This document shows positions 15,492 through 23,360 of a stretch of DNA of 24,000 nucleotides, piece by piece (position 1 is the stretch's first letter; every line of letters begins with the position of its first letter). The notes under the pieces were generated by a model. That model did no database searches, was not told the origin of the DNA, and was given only the letters and a program-made list of their open reading frames with translations. The translations under genes were made by a program, and so were the position numbers. This stretch comes from Phycisphaerae bacterium (GTDB taxonomy: Bacteria; Planctomycetota; Phycisphaerae; FEN-1346): the NCBI GenBank assembly GCA_035530455.1, contig DATKUU010000078.1, forward strand, positions 16,239 through 40,238, given 5' to 3'.

Positions 15492-16408
15492 TATTCCGAA
15501 CCGGCGGTTGGGCCGACGCGTTCGGCCACCCGCAGCCGGGCGCTCCGGCTCCGCGGGTTGGCTCGCACTTCGGCCGCCGTGGGCGTGATCGGCTTGCGGA
15601 CCGGCAAACGTGCCAGGCCCGCCCGCATCGCATCGCGGAACCGCTGCTTCACGATTCGGTCTTCCCCACTGTGATACGCGATGACGACCACGCGGCCACC
15701 GGGTTTCAAAAAGTCAAAGATCTTCCCGCCGAAACGTTCCAGGCTTCCCGCCTCGTCGTTGACGGCCATGCGCAGCGCCTGGAAGACGCGCGTCGCGGGA
15801 TGGACGCGCTTCCGATGCCGATACGGCGCCGGCACGGCCCGGGCAACAATTTCGGCGAGTTCGTCGGTCCGCTCGATCCGACGACGACGACGCGCCTCCA
15901 CCATCGCCCGCGCAATCCGCCGCGCGTACGGCTGGTCCCCGAACTTGCTAAAGATCTCCGCCAGCCGGTCGGCGTCCCACCGGTTGACGACCTCGCCGGC
16001 CGTCAGCCCTTCGCTCGCATCGAACCGCATGTCGAGCGGCCCGGGCGCCTGCAGGCTGAAGCCCCGACCGGCGTCCGCCAGTTGCACGCTCGAAAGCCCC
16101 AGGTCCAGCAAAGCGCCGTCCAGACCGCTCTCGCCGCTCTCGCTCAGGGCTTCGTCGAAGTCGCAGAAGTTGGCGTGAAAGTACGCGACATCCGGCCTGC
16201 GTCCGAGTCGGGCGACCAGACGCTCCAGGGCCTCGCGGTCCCGGTCCAGCAGGATCAGCCGCCCGCCGGGCCGAAGCCGCTCCAGCAACGCCTCCGCGTG
16301 ACCCCCCCCGCCCGCCGTCCCGTCCAGCATCACGGCCCCCGGCCGGGGCCGAAGGTGCTCGATCACTTCTTCGAGCATGACCGGGACATGGCCCGGCGAC
16401 GCGTTCAC
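15491..16408 (-). CDS. rsmH: 16S rRNA (cytosine1402-N4)-methyltransferase
   Basis: Motifs are HVPVMLEEV, DGTAGGGGHAEALL, LLDLGLSSVQL and IAYHSGEDRIVK. GTG start at 16406-16408 has GGAAGGTGGGAAAAG upstream. Confidence 0.92.
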   Translation of the reverse strand: MNASPGHVPVMLEEVIEHLRPRPGAVMLDGTAGGGGHAEALLERLRPGGRLILLDRDREALERLVARLGRRPDVAYFHANFCDFDEALSESGESGLDGALLDLGLSSVQLADAGRGFSLQAPGPLDMRFDASEGLTAGEVVNRWDADRLAEIFSKFGDQPYARRIARAMVEARRRRRIERTDELAEIVARAVPAPYRHRKRVHPATRVFQALRMAVNDEAGSLERFGGKIFDFLKPGGRVVVIAYHSGEDRIVKQRFRDAMRAGLARLPVRKPITPTAAEVRANPRSRSARLRVAERVGPTAGSE

Positions 16409-16429
16409 CCGCTTTTCCCACCTTCCCGC

Positions 16430-16669
16430 CTAATGAACGAGCGCGCTGAGGGCCGCTCCCGCCTCCAGCCGCGCCAAGAGCGACCGCACGTCGGGCGACA
16501 GGCCCACTTGGCGATAGGCGCCGCCCCGTCCCCGGACCTCCGCCAGACGCGTCTGGAGGCGCTCCAGTTCCCGACGGAGCCGCTCCGGCGACCCGGACAA
16601 CTCCGCCTCGCTCTGGCGAAGCGCCTGCCGCACTGCACTCCACCCGCCAGTCTCTACGTTTCGGTCCAT
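16430..16669 (-). CDS. Hypothetical small helical protein (79 aa) between mraZ and rsmH
   Basis: ATG at 16667-16669 is preceded by GGAAGGGAAAGAG. The stop lies 21 nt before the rsmH start. Third positions are mostly G/C. The sequence MDRNVETGGWSAVRQALRQSEAELSGSPERLRRELERLQTRLAEV...LLARLEAGAALSALVH looks coiled-coil-like with no TM segment. It is the C-terminal part of track ORF 16430-17152. Confidence 0.45.
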   Translation of the reverse strand: MDRNVETGGWSAVRQALRQSEAELSGSPERLRRELERLQTRLAEVRGRGGAYRQVGLSPDVRSLLARLEAGAALSALVH

Positions 16670-16739
16670 GGCTCTTTCCCTTCCGCGCTGACCAAAGTTC
16701 CCCAAACTCGCTCCCGCCTTTGAAGCAACGGGCAAGGCC

Positions 16740-16768
16740 GCCCAGGTGGGGGGGGGACCCACCCGGGC
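16740..16768 (-). other. Stem-loop with a G9/C9 homopolymer immediately downstream of mraZ
   Basis: gcccaggtggg(16740-16750) pairs with cccacccgggc(16758-16768), giving 11 bp with one G-U in the minus-strand RNA. A run of nine G (16748-16756) forms part of the stem and loop. No U-tract follows. Confidence 0.4.
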
Positions 16769-16785
16769 GACCTCCCAAGGGGGCT

Positions 16786-17286
16786 TTATGTCGGTTCCTC
16801 CGGCGGTGCGCTCTCGGCCGCCTTCTCCGCAGCGCGCGCCCGCGCTAGTTCCATCGCCTTCACCGCCAACGTGTCGTGCTCCGGCAGCCGGATCTTCACG
16901 AACGCCTCCCATCGGGCCCGGTCCCAGATCTCCAGGTGGTCCTGGCACCCGACGATGGCGACGTCCTTCTCGATGCCGCCGCGCTTCAGCAACTTCTCCG
17001 GCACGAGGACGCGGCCCAGCCGGTCTTCTTCCAGAAACTCCGCCAACCCGTAGCGAAGGCGCTTGTAGTCGCGCACCTCTTTTGACGCCCGCAGTTGCGT
17101 TTCCACAAGCATCGGCGCCAGGTGCTCGTAAGCCGTCGGCGTGTACAGGCAAAGCACGCCGTCGAAGTCAACGAACGCAAAGAAACCCTGACCATGGAGG
17201 GTTCTGTTAATGGCGGCGCGCAACTTGGCCGGAATGGTCAGACGCGACTTGGCGTCCACGGCATGATAGAACTCGCCGCTGAGCAT
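16786..17286 (-). CDS. mraZ: Transcriptional regulator MraZ
   Basis: Two SpoVT/AbrB-like half-domains carry the DxxxR signature: MLSGEFYHAVDAKSRLTIPAKLR and EEDRLGRVLVPEKLLKRGGI. I chose ATG 17284-17286 because MraZ proteins start about 10 residues before the first DxKxR. Upstream in-frame starts at 17340 and 17403 would place the TGGGG repeats and the promoter inside the CDS. Confidence 0.88.
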   Translation of the reverse strand: MLSGEFYHAVDAKSRLTIPAKLRAAINRTLHGQGFFAFVDFDGVLCLYTPTAYEHLAPMLVETQLRASKEVRDYKRLRYGLAEFLEEDRLGRVLVPEKLLKRGGIEKDVAIVGCQDHLEIWDRARWEAFVKIRLPEHDTLAVKAMELARARAAEKAAESAPPEEPT

Positions 17287-17307
17287 CAGCGGCCGCGCCT
17301 CGAGGAG

Positions 17308-17333
17308 GCCCGCTTTTTCCCCACTTCGCCCCA
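17308..17333 (-). promoter_or_regulatory. Putative MraZ operator: three direct (T/C)GGG(G/C) repeats with 10-11 nt periodicity in the mraZ leader
   Basis: The minus strand reads cagTGGGGcgaagTGGGGaaaaagCGGGCc (plus-strand cccca at 17329-17333 and 17319-17323, gcccg at 17308-17312). Two further TGGGN motifs (17404-17408 and 17396-17400) lie in the promoter spacer. This resembles the TGGGN-N5 direct repeats bound by E. coli MraZ. Confidence 0.4.
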
Positions 17334-17389
17334 CTGACATTTCCTTGCTTGGGCCTGAGCCCGGAATTGACTGCGCTTCACTAGGATGG

Positions 17390-17419
17390 ACTATCGCCCA
17401 CAACCCACCGAGCCGTCAA
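17390..17419 (-). promoter_or_regulatory. Candidate sigma70-type dcw promoter (Pmra-like)
   Basis: On the minus strand, TTGACG (17414-17419) is separated by 18 nt from GATAGT (17390-17395). Two A7 tracts lie just upstream (ggcgAAAAAAAtcctggAAAAAAAtgc), forming a locally AT-rich island in GC-rich DNA. The element sits about 100 nt upstream of the mraZ ATG and downstream of a terminator. Confidence 0.45.
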
Positions 17420-17608
17420 GCATTTTTTTCCAGGATTTTTTTCGCCGCCCTAACAGCATCCGAACGCATCCACACCCCTGCTCAATCGCTCGCGAGACCG
17501 CTCCACTACATGGCGGGGGAAGGTCCGCACAGACCCTCCAGCGGTGGGAAGAGGTGCTGCCGGAAAAATCCGGGGCGAGAAGGCGAAAAAGTTTTCCGGA
17601 GGAAGGCG

Positions 17609-17633
17609 AAAAAAGGCCTGCGCTTCACGCGGC
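17609..17633 (-). terminator. Intrinsic terminator after the RDD-domain gene
   Basis: The minus strand reads GCCGCG-TGAAG-CGC(A)GGC, then C, then TTTTTT (T-tract = plus 17609-17614). A second tight hairpin, GCGCGCG-TTC-CGCGCGC (17632-17648), directly follows the stop at 17651-17653. Confidence 0.5.
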
Positions 17634-17650
17634 GCGCGGAACGCGCGCGA

Positions 17651-19204
17651 TCAGCCGACGGCCGAGCCCTGCTTCGACGAGCGGACGACCAACGTGCGCG
17701 CGAGGCGGTCGCCGAGGCGCTGGGGGCGCGGCCCGATGAGAACGAGCGCCAGTCCGACGAGGTAGAGGGCCGGCATCTCGTCCACGACGCGAAGGGCGTT
17801 CCGCGCAAGGGCCTGCTTCCACGTCGCGCGTTCGCCGCCGACGCCGCGGACCTCGATGCCGAGGAGTGCCTTGCCGACGGTGCGTCCGGTTGCTCCCTCG
17901 GCAAGCGTGAAATAGACGACCGCCAGTCCGATGCGTGCAAGTTCCAGGAGGAGGACCTTGTCCATCGGAAGCGTCTCGCCGCGCAGGAGGCGCTCGGGCA
18001 GATCGGGGCCCACGTAGAGGATGACCGGCGTCAAAAAGATGCCGAGGAGCACGTAATCCACGAGAACGGCGGCGGCCCGCTGAGCGATGGAGGCCGCGGC
18101 GCGGTCGGCGGCGGGCGCTGCCGCCACGCCCTGTCGCTCGGCGCGCAGCCGCTTGGCCATCAGCAGCACCATGCCGACGAAGAGCGCGACCATGACAAGG
18201 AACGTGTAGAGGCGCGCGTCGCCCTCGGATTCATCGGCCGCAGGGCTCAGCGGAACGGGAACAAACTCCCCGGCGCGGCAGGCGGCGACATCGAGCGCGG
18301 CAATGCGCGCCCCGCCGTCCGCCGCGGCGACGACGTAAAGCCGCTCCCCTTGCCGCGCGAGCGCCAGCGCTCCGTCGGGAATCGTCCCACCCAGCGGGCC
18401 GACCTCGTGCCAGTCCTCGTCGGCCGTGGCATACGTCGCGAGGGTCCACGGCCCGGCGGCGCCGCCGGGCGAGGCCGATGGGCCGGCGGGCTTGCGGTAG
18501 AGGCAGACCAGGTCGTCCCCTGCCGCGGCCACGAGCGGCACCGAGCCGACGCGCAGGCGCGACGGCGCCGTCTGCCATGTTTCGTTCTCGCGGTACGCAA
18601 AATGGACGCGAGACTCGGCGCCGGCGCCCGCCAGGGCGGGCTGCTGCTCGCGCCAGACCAGGTACAGGCGGCCCTTGTGGCGGACGGCCGCAGGATCGAG
18701 GGCCTTGCCCGCCTCGATGGCGACATCCATGCGCTGCCATCGCGGCTCGCCTTCGCCGAGACGAATGTAAATGGGGTCGCCGGCCTCGCTCCACCCGAAC
18801 ACGTCCACCGCCAGGCCGTCCTCGCACGCGGCCGCGGGCTTCCACGCCGGGGCGGGCGATTCCTCGACGGCCGGCGATACCGACCCGAAGCGGCTCCAGC
18901 GACCGCTCGGGAAGAAAACCACGAGCGCCTCGCGCCAGGCGGCCGCGGCGACCGGCACGCTGTAGCCAGAGCCGCGGAAACTCTCGGGCCAGGCGCCCGC
19001 GGCGTCGCGCTGGGCGTAGCGGAATCTCGGCTCGCCGCCCTCCGCGCTCGCCGGCGCAAGAACATACAGGTTGTTCAGGTTGCCGACGGCAAGGACGGGC
19101 GGCACGGCGGGCGCGGCCTCTTCGGTCGGGGGCTCGCACCCCGGCAGGGTGAGTCCCCGGTAAAACGCCAGCACCACCACAATGGCCGCACCCCACCTTG
19201 GCAT
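17651..19204 (-). CDS. RDD-domain membrane protein with a large N-terminal extracytoplasmic domain
   Basis: The C-terminal part matches the RDD family pattern: RAAAVLVDYVLLGIFL, TGRTVGKALLGIEVR and QRLGDRLARTLVV. The N-terminal signal-like segment ends in LTLPGC. The ~330-aa N-domain has recurring beta-strand-like blocks (RLYLVW, DLVCLY, RLYVVA). ATG at 19202-19204 has GGAG upstream; GTG at 19207 is an alternative start. Confidence 0.75.
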   Translation of the reverse strand: MPRWGAAIVVVLAFYRGLTLPGCEPPTEEAAPAVPPVLAVGNLNNLYVLAPASAEGGEPRFRYAQRDAAGAWPESFRGSGYSVPVAAAAWREALVVFFPSGRWSRFGSVSPAVEESPAPAWKPAAACEDGLAVDVFGWSEAGDPIYIRLGEGEPRWQRMDVAIEAGKALDPAAVRHKGRLYLVWREQQPALAGAGAESRVHFAYRENETWQTAPSRLRVGSVPLVAAAGDDLVCLYRKPAGPSASPGGAAGPWTLATYATADEDWHEVGPLGGTIPDGALALARQGERLYVVAAADGGARIAALDVAACRAGEFVPVPLSPAADESEGDARLYTFLVMVALFVGMVLLMAKRLRAERQGVAAAPAADRAAASIAQRAAAVLVDYVLLGIFLTPVILYVGPDLPERLLRGETLPMDKVLLLELARIGLAVVYFTLAEGATGRTVGKALLGIEVRGVGGERATWKQALARNALRVVDEMPALYLVGLALVLIGPRPQRLGDRLARTLVVRSSKQGSAVG

Positions 19205-19247
19205 CACACACTCCGTGGATCGCTCTTGGGAAGTTGTGAGGATTCTA

Positions 19248-20252
19248 TCAGTATCGCTTGAAGAGCATCAGGCCGCCCACGTCGCGCCCGCCATAGGGCA
19301 GCACGTAGAAGCCGGCGACCTGGGGCAACTCGCCCCGCACGACGCTGTGGGCGACGACCCATCCGAGGGCGGCGCCGAACACGAGGTCCGAGAGGTCGTG
19401 CTCGCGGTCCTCCAGGCGCGACGCCGCCGTGTACCCCGCCAGCAGATAAAGCGGCACGCCGGCCTTCCAGCCGTAATACTCCTGCATCACCGCGGCGAAG
19501 CAGACGCTGGAGGAGGTGTGGCCGGACGGCCAGCCCCACTTCTCCCCGTTGGGGCTGCGGTCGTCCATTCCGACCTTCAGGGCGAGAGTCGAGAGGTTAG
19601 TGACGACGAGCGCTTCAATCAGGGTCTTGCTCATGTCGCGCTGCCGCGCGTCGCGCTCGCCGACCGCCGCCAGGTACCACGTGCCGCCAATGAGAAAATG
19701 GAGGCCCGGGTTGCCGATGATGCTGCCGAAGTCGTCCGTCTCGGCGAGGCTCGAATCGTTGTCCTCGAAATAATGCCGAACGTCCTCGTCCCAGTTATGG
19801 CGGACGATGCGGTCCACACCGAACGCCGTCCCCAGGATGATGAGGTTCTCCGGCTTCGAGTACGTGTGGACGAAGCCCCGGCCGACGGACCTCGGAAGGC
19901 CGCGGAGGTCTTCGCGCACGATGTCGCCGAAGGTCAGGCCCTCGAGCGCCTGCGGCACGGGACGTTCGGCCTCGGCCTCCGGCGCCGCTTCAGCGGGTGC
20001 GCCGGGGGGGACGGCCTCGGAGTCCCCACGCAGGGCGAAGTAGAGGCGCGGCCGGAGGCCTTGGCCGTCCTCTCGGACCGCAGGGTGCGATGGAGATTCG
20101 ACGAGGCCCCGCTCGGCGACGGCCGTCGCCATGAGAAGGTGCACGTGGGTCGCCTCGGCCTGGCGCGAGAGGACGGCATCGCGGCTGCAACCTACGGATG
20201 CGAGCACGGCCGCGCCAAGTGAGCCGATCGCTAAAACTCTCGCAATGCGCAT
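19248..20252 (-). CDS. PAP2-superfamily phosphatase, secreted or lipoprotein-like
   Basis: PAP2 signature motifs are KVGMDDRSP (KxxxxxxRP-like), PSGH (WPSGHTSSS) and SRxxxxxHxxxD (SRLEDREHDLSD). The N-terminal signal ends in LASVGC. GAGGAGGGGA SD is present. Confidence 0.8.
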   Translation of the reverse strand: MRIARVLAIGSLGAAVLASVGCSRDAVLSRQAEATHVHLLMATAVAERGLVESPSHPAVREDGQGLRPRLYFALRGDSEAVPPGAPAEAAPEAEAERPVPQALEGLTFGDIVREDLRGLPRSVGRGFVHTYSKPENLIILGTAFGVDRIVRHNWDEDVRHYFEDNDSSLAETDDFGSIIGNPGLHFLIGGTWYLAAVGERDARQRDMSKTLIEALVVTNLSTLALKVGMDDRSPNGEKWGWPSGHTSSSVCFAAVMQEYYGWKAGVPLYLLAGYTAASRLEDREHDLSDLVFGAALGWVVAHSVVRGELPQVAGFYVLPYGGRDVGGLMLFKRY

Positions 20253-20288
20253 GAGCCCATCCCCTCCTCGTCCCGACGCTCCACGAAA

Positions 20289-21140
20289 CTATGGGCCGGC
20301 TTTCAGCCGGTTGAGCACCTCGCGGCGATATTCGTCATCGGCCACCCGGCCGCCGCGGTTCGGATATTTTGTCCGGATGATTTCCTCGACGGCCCCGACG
20401 CGGTTCTCCGGATTGGGGTGCGTGCTGAGAAACTCGGGCGGCCTGGCGCCTCTCATCGAAACGAAGACGTTGAGCAGGTTAACCATCTCCTGCGGATCGT
20501 ATCCTGCGGCGGCAAGGTAGTCCAGGCCGAAGCGGTCGGCCTCGCTCTCCATGTCGCGGCCGTACTTCATCTGCACGAGCGAGGCGACAACCTTGGCGAG
20601 GTCCTCGGTCTGGGCGGCGAGGCGGGCGCCTTGTTCGTTTCGGCTCATGGCGGCCGACGCGGCCGCCAGCAGGATCTGGACCCCCATCTGGCGGCTGATC
20701 TGCCGGCTCCCGTGACGCGAGTGGACATGGACCAGTTCGTGGCCGAGCACCGCCGCCAGTTGCCCTTCCGTCGCGAGGTCCCCCAGCAGGCCGCGCGTCA
20801 CATAGACCGGCCCGCCCGGCAGCGCGAAGGCGTTGACGACGTCGCTGTCGAGAACGGTGAATTGGTAAGGCAGTTCCGGGAGGCCGGGGTGCTTGGCCGA
20901 CGCCGCGACGCGCTGGCCCACCGTCCGCACGTAGGCCTGGATGGAAAGGTTCTGGAGCGGGCCGCCGAATTCCTTTTCCAGATCCGGCCCGGCCTCGCGG
21001 CCGAGAGCGACCTCCTGGTCCCAGGAAAGGAGAATGAAGGCCCGCTGGCCGGTGGTCGGGACGCGCTGGCATCCGACCGGCGCCGCCAGCGATACACTGA
21101 TTCCCGCAAGCAGCAGCGACACCCACGCGATGCGTTTCAT
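20289..21140 (-). CDS. M48-family zinc metallopeptidase (LoiP/BepA-like), secreted
   Basis: It has the HExxH motif in LGHELVHVHSRHG, the downstream MESEADRFGLDYLAAAGYDP block typical of M48, and NAFALPGGPVYVTRGLL. A signal peptide ends in APVGC. Confidence 0.85.
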   Translation of the reverse strand: MKRIAWVSLLLAGISVSLAAPVGCQRVPTTGQRAFILLSWDQEVALGREAGPDLEKEFGGPLQNLSIQAYVRTVGQRVAASAKHPGLPELPYQFTVLDSDVVNAFALPGGPVYVTRGLLGDLATEGQLAAVLGHELVHVHSRHGSRQISRQMGVQILLAAASAAMSRNEQGARLAAQTEDLAKVVASLVQMKYGRDMESEADRFGLDYLAAAGYDPQEMVNLLNVFVSMRGARPPEFLSTHPNPENRVGAVEEIIRTKYPNRGGRVADDEYRREVLNRLKAGP

Positions 21141-21158
21141 GGAACGTCCCCTTCGATG

Positions 21159-21593
21159 CTACGATGCCGCCGACACGTACGCCATCTGCAACTCATACAG
21201 GAGCGTGTCGAGCAACTGCTTTTCCTCGTCCGAGAGGTTGCCCTTGGTCTTTTCTTCCAGGACGCCCAGGAGGTCAACGTGGTGTTTCGCCAGGTCGAGG
21301 TTCTGGAGGGTGCGTCCGGTGCGCGGGTCGCGTTCACTCGACATGAGAATCGCCGCCTGGGTCGCCAGGGTCTGGACGAGCGTGCTGAAGGTGGCCTCGG
21401 GGATCCGTCCTGGGCGGCCCGCGCCGGCCGCCCCTCCGGCTGCGGGACCCTTGGTCTCGACCTCGCGGGCGAGGCGTTCCTTTTCGGCCTGGGCCTGCTT
21501 TTTCCAATCGGCGTCCACGTGGATCCTGGACTCGCCCGTCGGCGTCTTATTCGCCCCGGCGTTCGGCTCGGGTTTCTTCTTTTCATCGGTCAT
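21159..21593 (-). CDS. DUF1844-like small protein
   Basis: FSTLVQTLATQAAILM...DLAKHHVDLLGVLEEKTKGNLSDEEKQLLDTLLYELQMAYV matches my recollection of the DUF1844 consensus (KTKGNL...EE..LL...LYEL+M.YV). GAGAGGGGAAAACG SD is present. Confidence 0.6.
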   Translation of the reverse strand: MTDEKKKPEPNAGANKTPTGESRIHVDADWKKQAQAEKERLAREVETKGPAAGGAAGAGRPGRIPEATFSTLVQTLATQAAILMSSERDPRTGRTLQNLDLAKHHVDLLGVLEEKTKGNLSDEEKQLLDTLLYELQMAYVSAAS

Positions 21594-21617
21594 CGTTTTC
21601 CCCTCTCATGTTTTCCG

Positions 21618-23351
21618 TTACCGGGGCTCGACGGGCCCAACCGCCTGATGGCCCAGCGCCGCCGCCACCAGGCCCAGGAAGAACGGGCTCGGCCCGAGCG
21701 GCCGGCTCGTGAACTCCGGATGGGCCTGCGTCGCCACAAAATACGGATGGTCCGGCAGTTCCATCATCTGCATGATAGGCTGGCCCGGCGCCTTGCCGGA
21801 GAACACCATCCCGCCGCCCTCCAGCCGCTCCACATACTCCGGGTTCACCTCGTAGCGGTGGCGGAAGCGGAGGCGCACGCGTGCGGCCCCTCCGAACATC
21901 TTCGCCGCCAGCGTCCCGGGGCGGATCTCGACGTCCTTGCCTCCCAGGCGCATCGTCGCCCCCAGGTCCTTGACCTTCTTCTGCTCGGGCAAGAGGTCAA
22001 TGACGGGGTGCGGCGTGTCGGCCTGGACTTCGGTCGAATGGGCCCCCGCCAGACCGCAGACGTTCCGCGCGAACTCGACGACCGCCAGTTGCATCCCGTA
22101 GCAGAGCCCGAGGTACGGGATGAACCGCTCGCGGGCGTAGCGGATGCAGGCGACCTTGCCCTCCGTGCCGCGAGTCCCGAACCCGCCCGGCACGATGACG
22201 CCGTCCACGTCGGCCAGGGCGCGGGCGGCGCTCGCATCGGTCAGGTCCGTCGTGTCCACCCATCGGATGTCGGCGCGGGCGTCGTGGGCGGCGGCGGCGT
22301 GCTCGACGGCCTTAATCAGGCTCGCGTAACTGTCGCGCACCGCCGTGTACTTGCCCGTGATGGCGATCGTGACCTTGTGGCGCGGCTCGCGGATGCGGCG
22401 GCAGAAGTCTTCCCAGACGGCGGCGGCCCGCTGCTCGGCCCGCGGGTCCTCGCGGTCCACCAGGTTCAGCAGGTGCACCACCTGGCGGTCGAGGTGCTCG
22501 CGCTGCATGCGCGGCGGGATGAGGTAAATCGAAGGCTCGTCGTGCATCGAGAAGACGCGGGCCATCGGCACATTGGTATAGATGGAAATCTTCTCGCGGA
22601 CCTTTTCCGTGACGGGGGCGGAGGCCCGGCAGGCGATGATTGCCGGCTGGATGCCCATCTCGATGAGGCGCTTGATGCCCAGTTGCGCCGCCTTGGACTT
22701 CTGTTCCCCGAGGATGGCCGGCTCGAGAATGAGCGTCAGGGCGACGAAACAGACGTTCTCCGGCCCCTCCTCGTAGGCCAGTTGGCGCATCGCCTCGATG
22801 AAATAGACGTTCTCGAAGTCGCCGGCCGTCCCGCCGATCTCGACGAAGACGACGTCGGCCCGGGCGGCGAGGGCGAGGCACCTCAGTTTCGCCTTCACTT
22901 CGCCCGTCACGTGGGGGATGATCTGGACGTCGCGCCCCAGGTACTCGCCGCGGCGTTCGCGCTCGAGCACCGCGCCGAGAAACTGGCCGTTCGTGCCGAA
23001 ATGCTCCCGCGTCAGGTCCTGGTCGAGGAACCGCTCGTACGTCCCCAGGTCCATGTCGCATTCCATCCCGTCATCCAGGACGAACACCTCGCCGTGGCGG
23101 TACGGGTTGAGCGTGCCGGAGTCCACGTTGAGGTAACCTTCGAGTTTGATGGGGGCGACGCGGAGGCTCCGGTCCTGGAGGAGTTTGGCCAGGCTGGCGG
23201 CGAAGATGCCCTTTCCCAGTCCGCTCATCACCGTCCCGAAGACGACGACGTACTTGGTGCGGCCGACCTGGTAGCCGGCGGGCATCGGGCTGAAGAACTC
23301 GGTCTCGGTGGTCTGCCCGGCGATTTCCTGCAGCAGGCGTTCGCCTTCCAC
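21618..23351 (-). CDS. pyrG: CTP synthase (glutamine-hydrolysing)
   Basis: Motifs are SGLGKGI, YLNVDSGTLNPYRHGEVFVLDDG, DLGTYERF, VQIIPHVT, GGTAGDFE, GKY..VRDSYASLIKA, the GATase nucleophile LGLCYGMQ, RHRYEVN and HPEFTS. GTG at 23349-23351 lies 9 nt after the kdsB stop with AGGGGA SD. Confidence 0.92.
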   Translation of the reverse strand: MEGERLLQEIAGQTTETEFFSPMPAGYQVGRTKYVVVFGTVMSGLGKGIFAASLAKLLQDRSLRVAPIKLEGYLNVDSGTLNPYRHGEVFVLDDGMECDMDLGTYERFLDQDLTREHFGTNGQFLGAVLERERRGEYLGRDVQIIPHVTGEVKAKLRCLALAARADVVFVEIGGTAGDFENVYFIEAMRQLAYEEGPENVCFVALTLILEPAILGEQKSKAAQLGIKRLIEMGIQPAIIACRASAPVTEKVREKISIYTNVPMARVFSMHDEPSIYLIPPRMQREHLDRQVVHLLNLVDREDPRAEQRAAAVWEDFCRRIREPRHKVTIAITGKYTAVRDSYASLIKAVEHAAAAHDARADIRWVDTTDLTDASAARALADVDGVIVPGGFGTRGTEGKVACIRYARERFIPYLGLCYGMQLAVVEFARNVCGLAGAHSTEVQADTPHPVIDLLPEQKKVKDLGATMRLGGKDVEIRPGTLAAKMFGGAARVRLRFRHRYEVNPEYVERLEGGGMVFSGKAPGQPIMQMMELPDHPYFVATQAHPEFTSRPLGPSPFFLGLVAAALGHQAVGPVEPR

Positions 23352-23360
23352 TGCGGTCCC

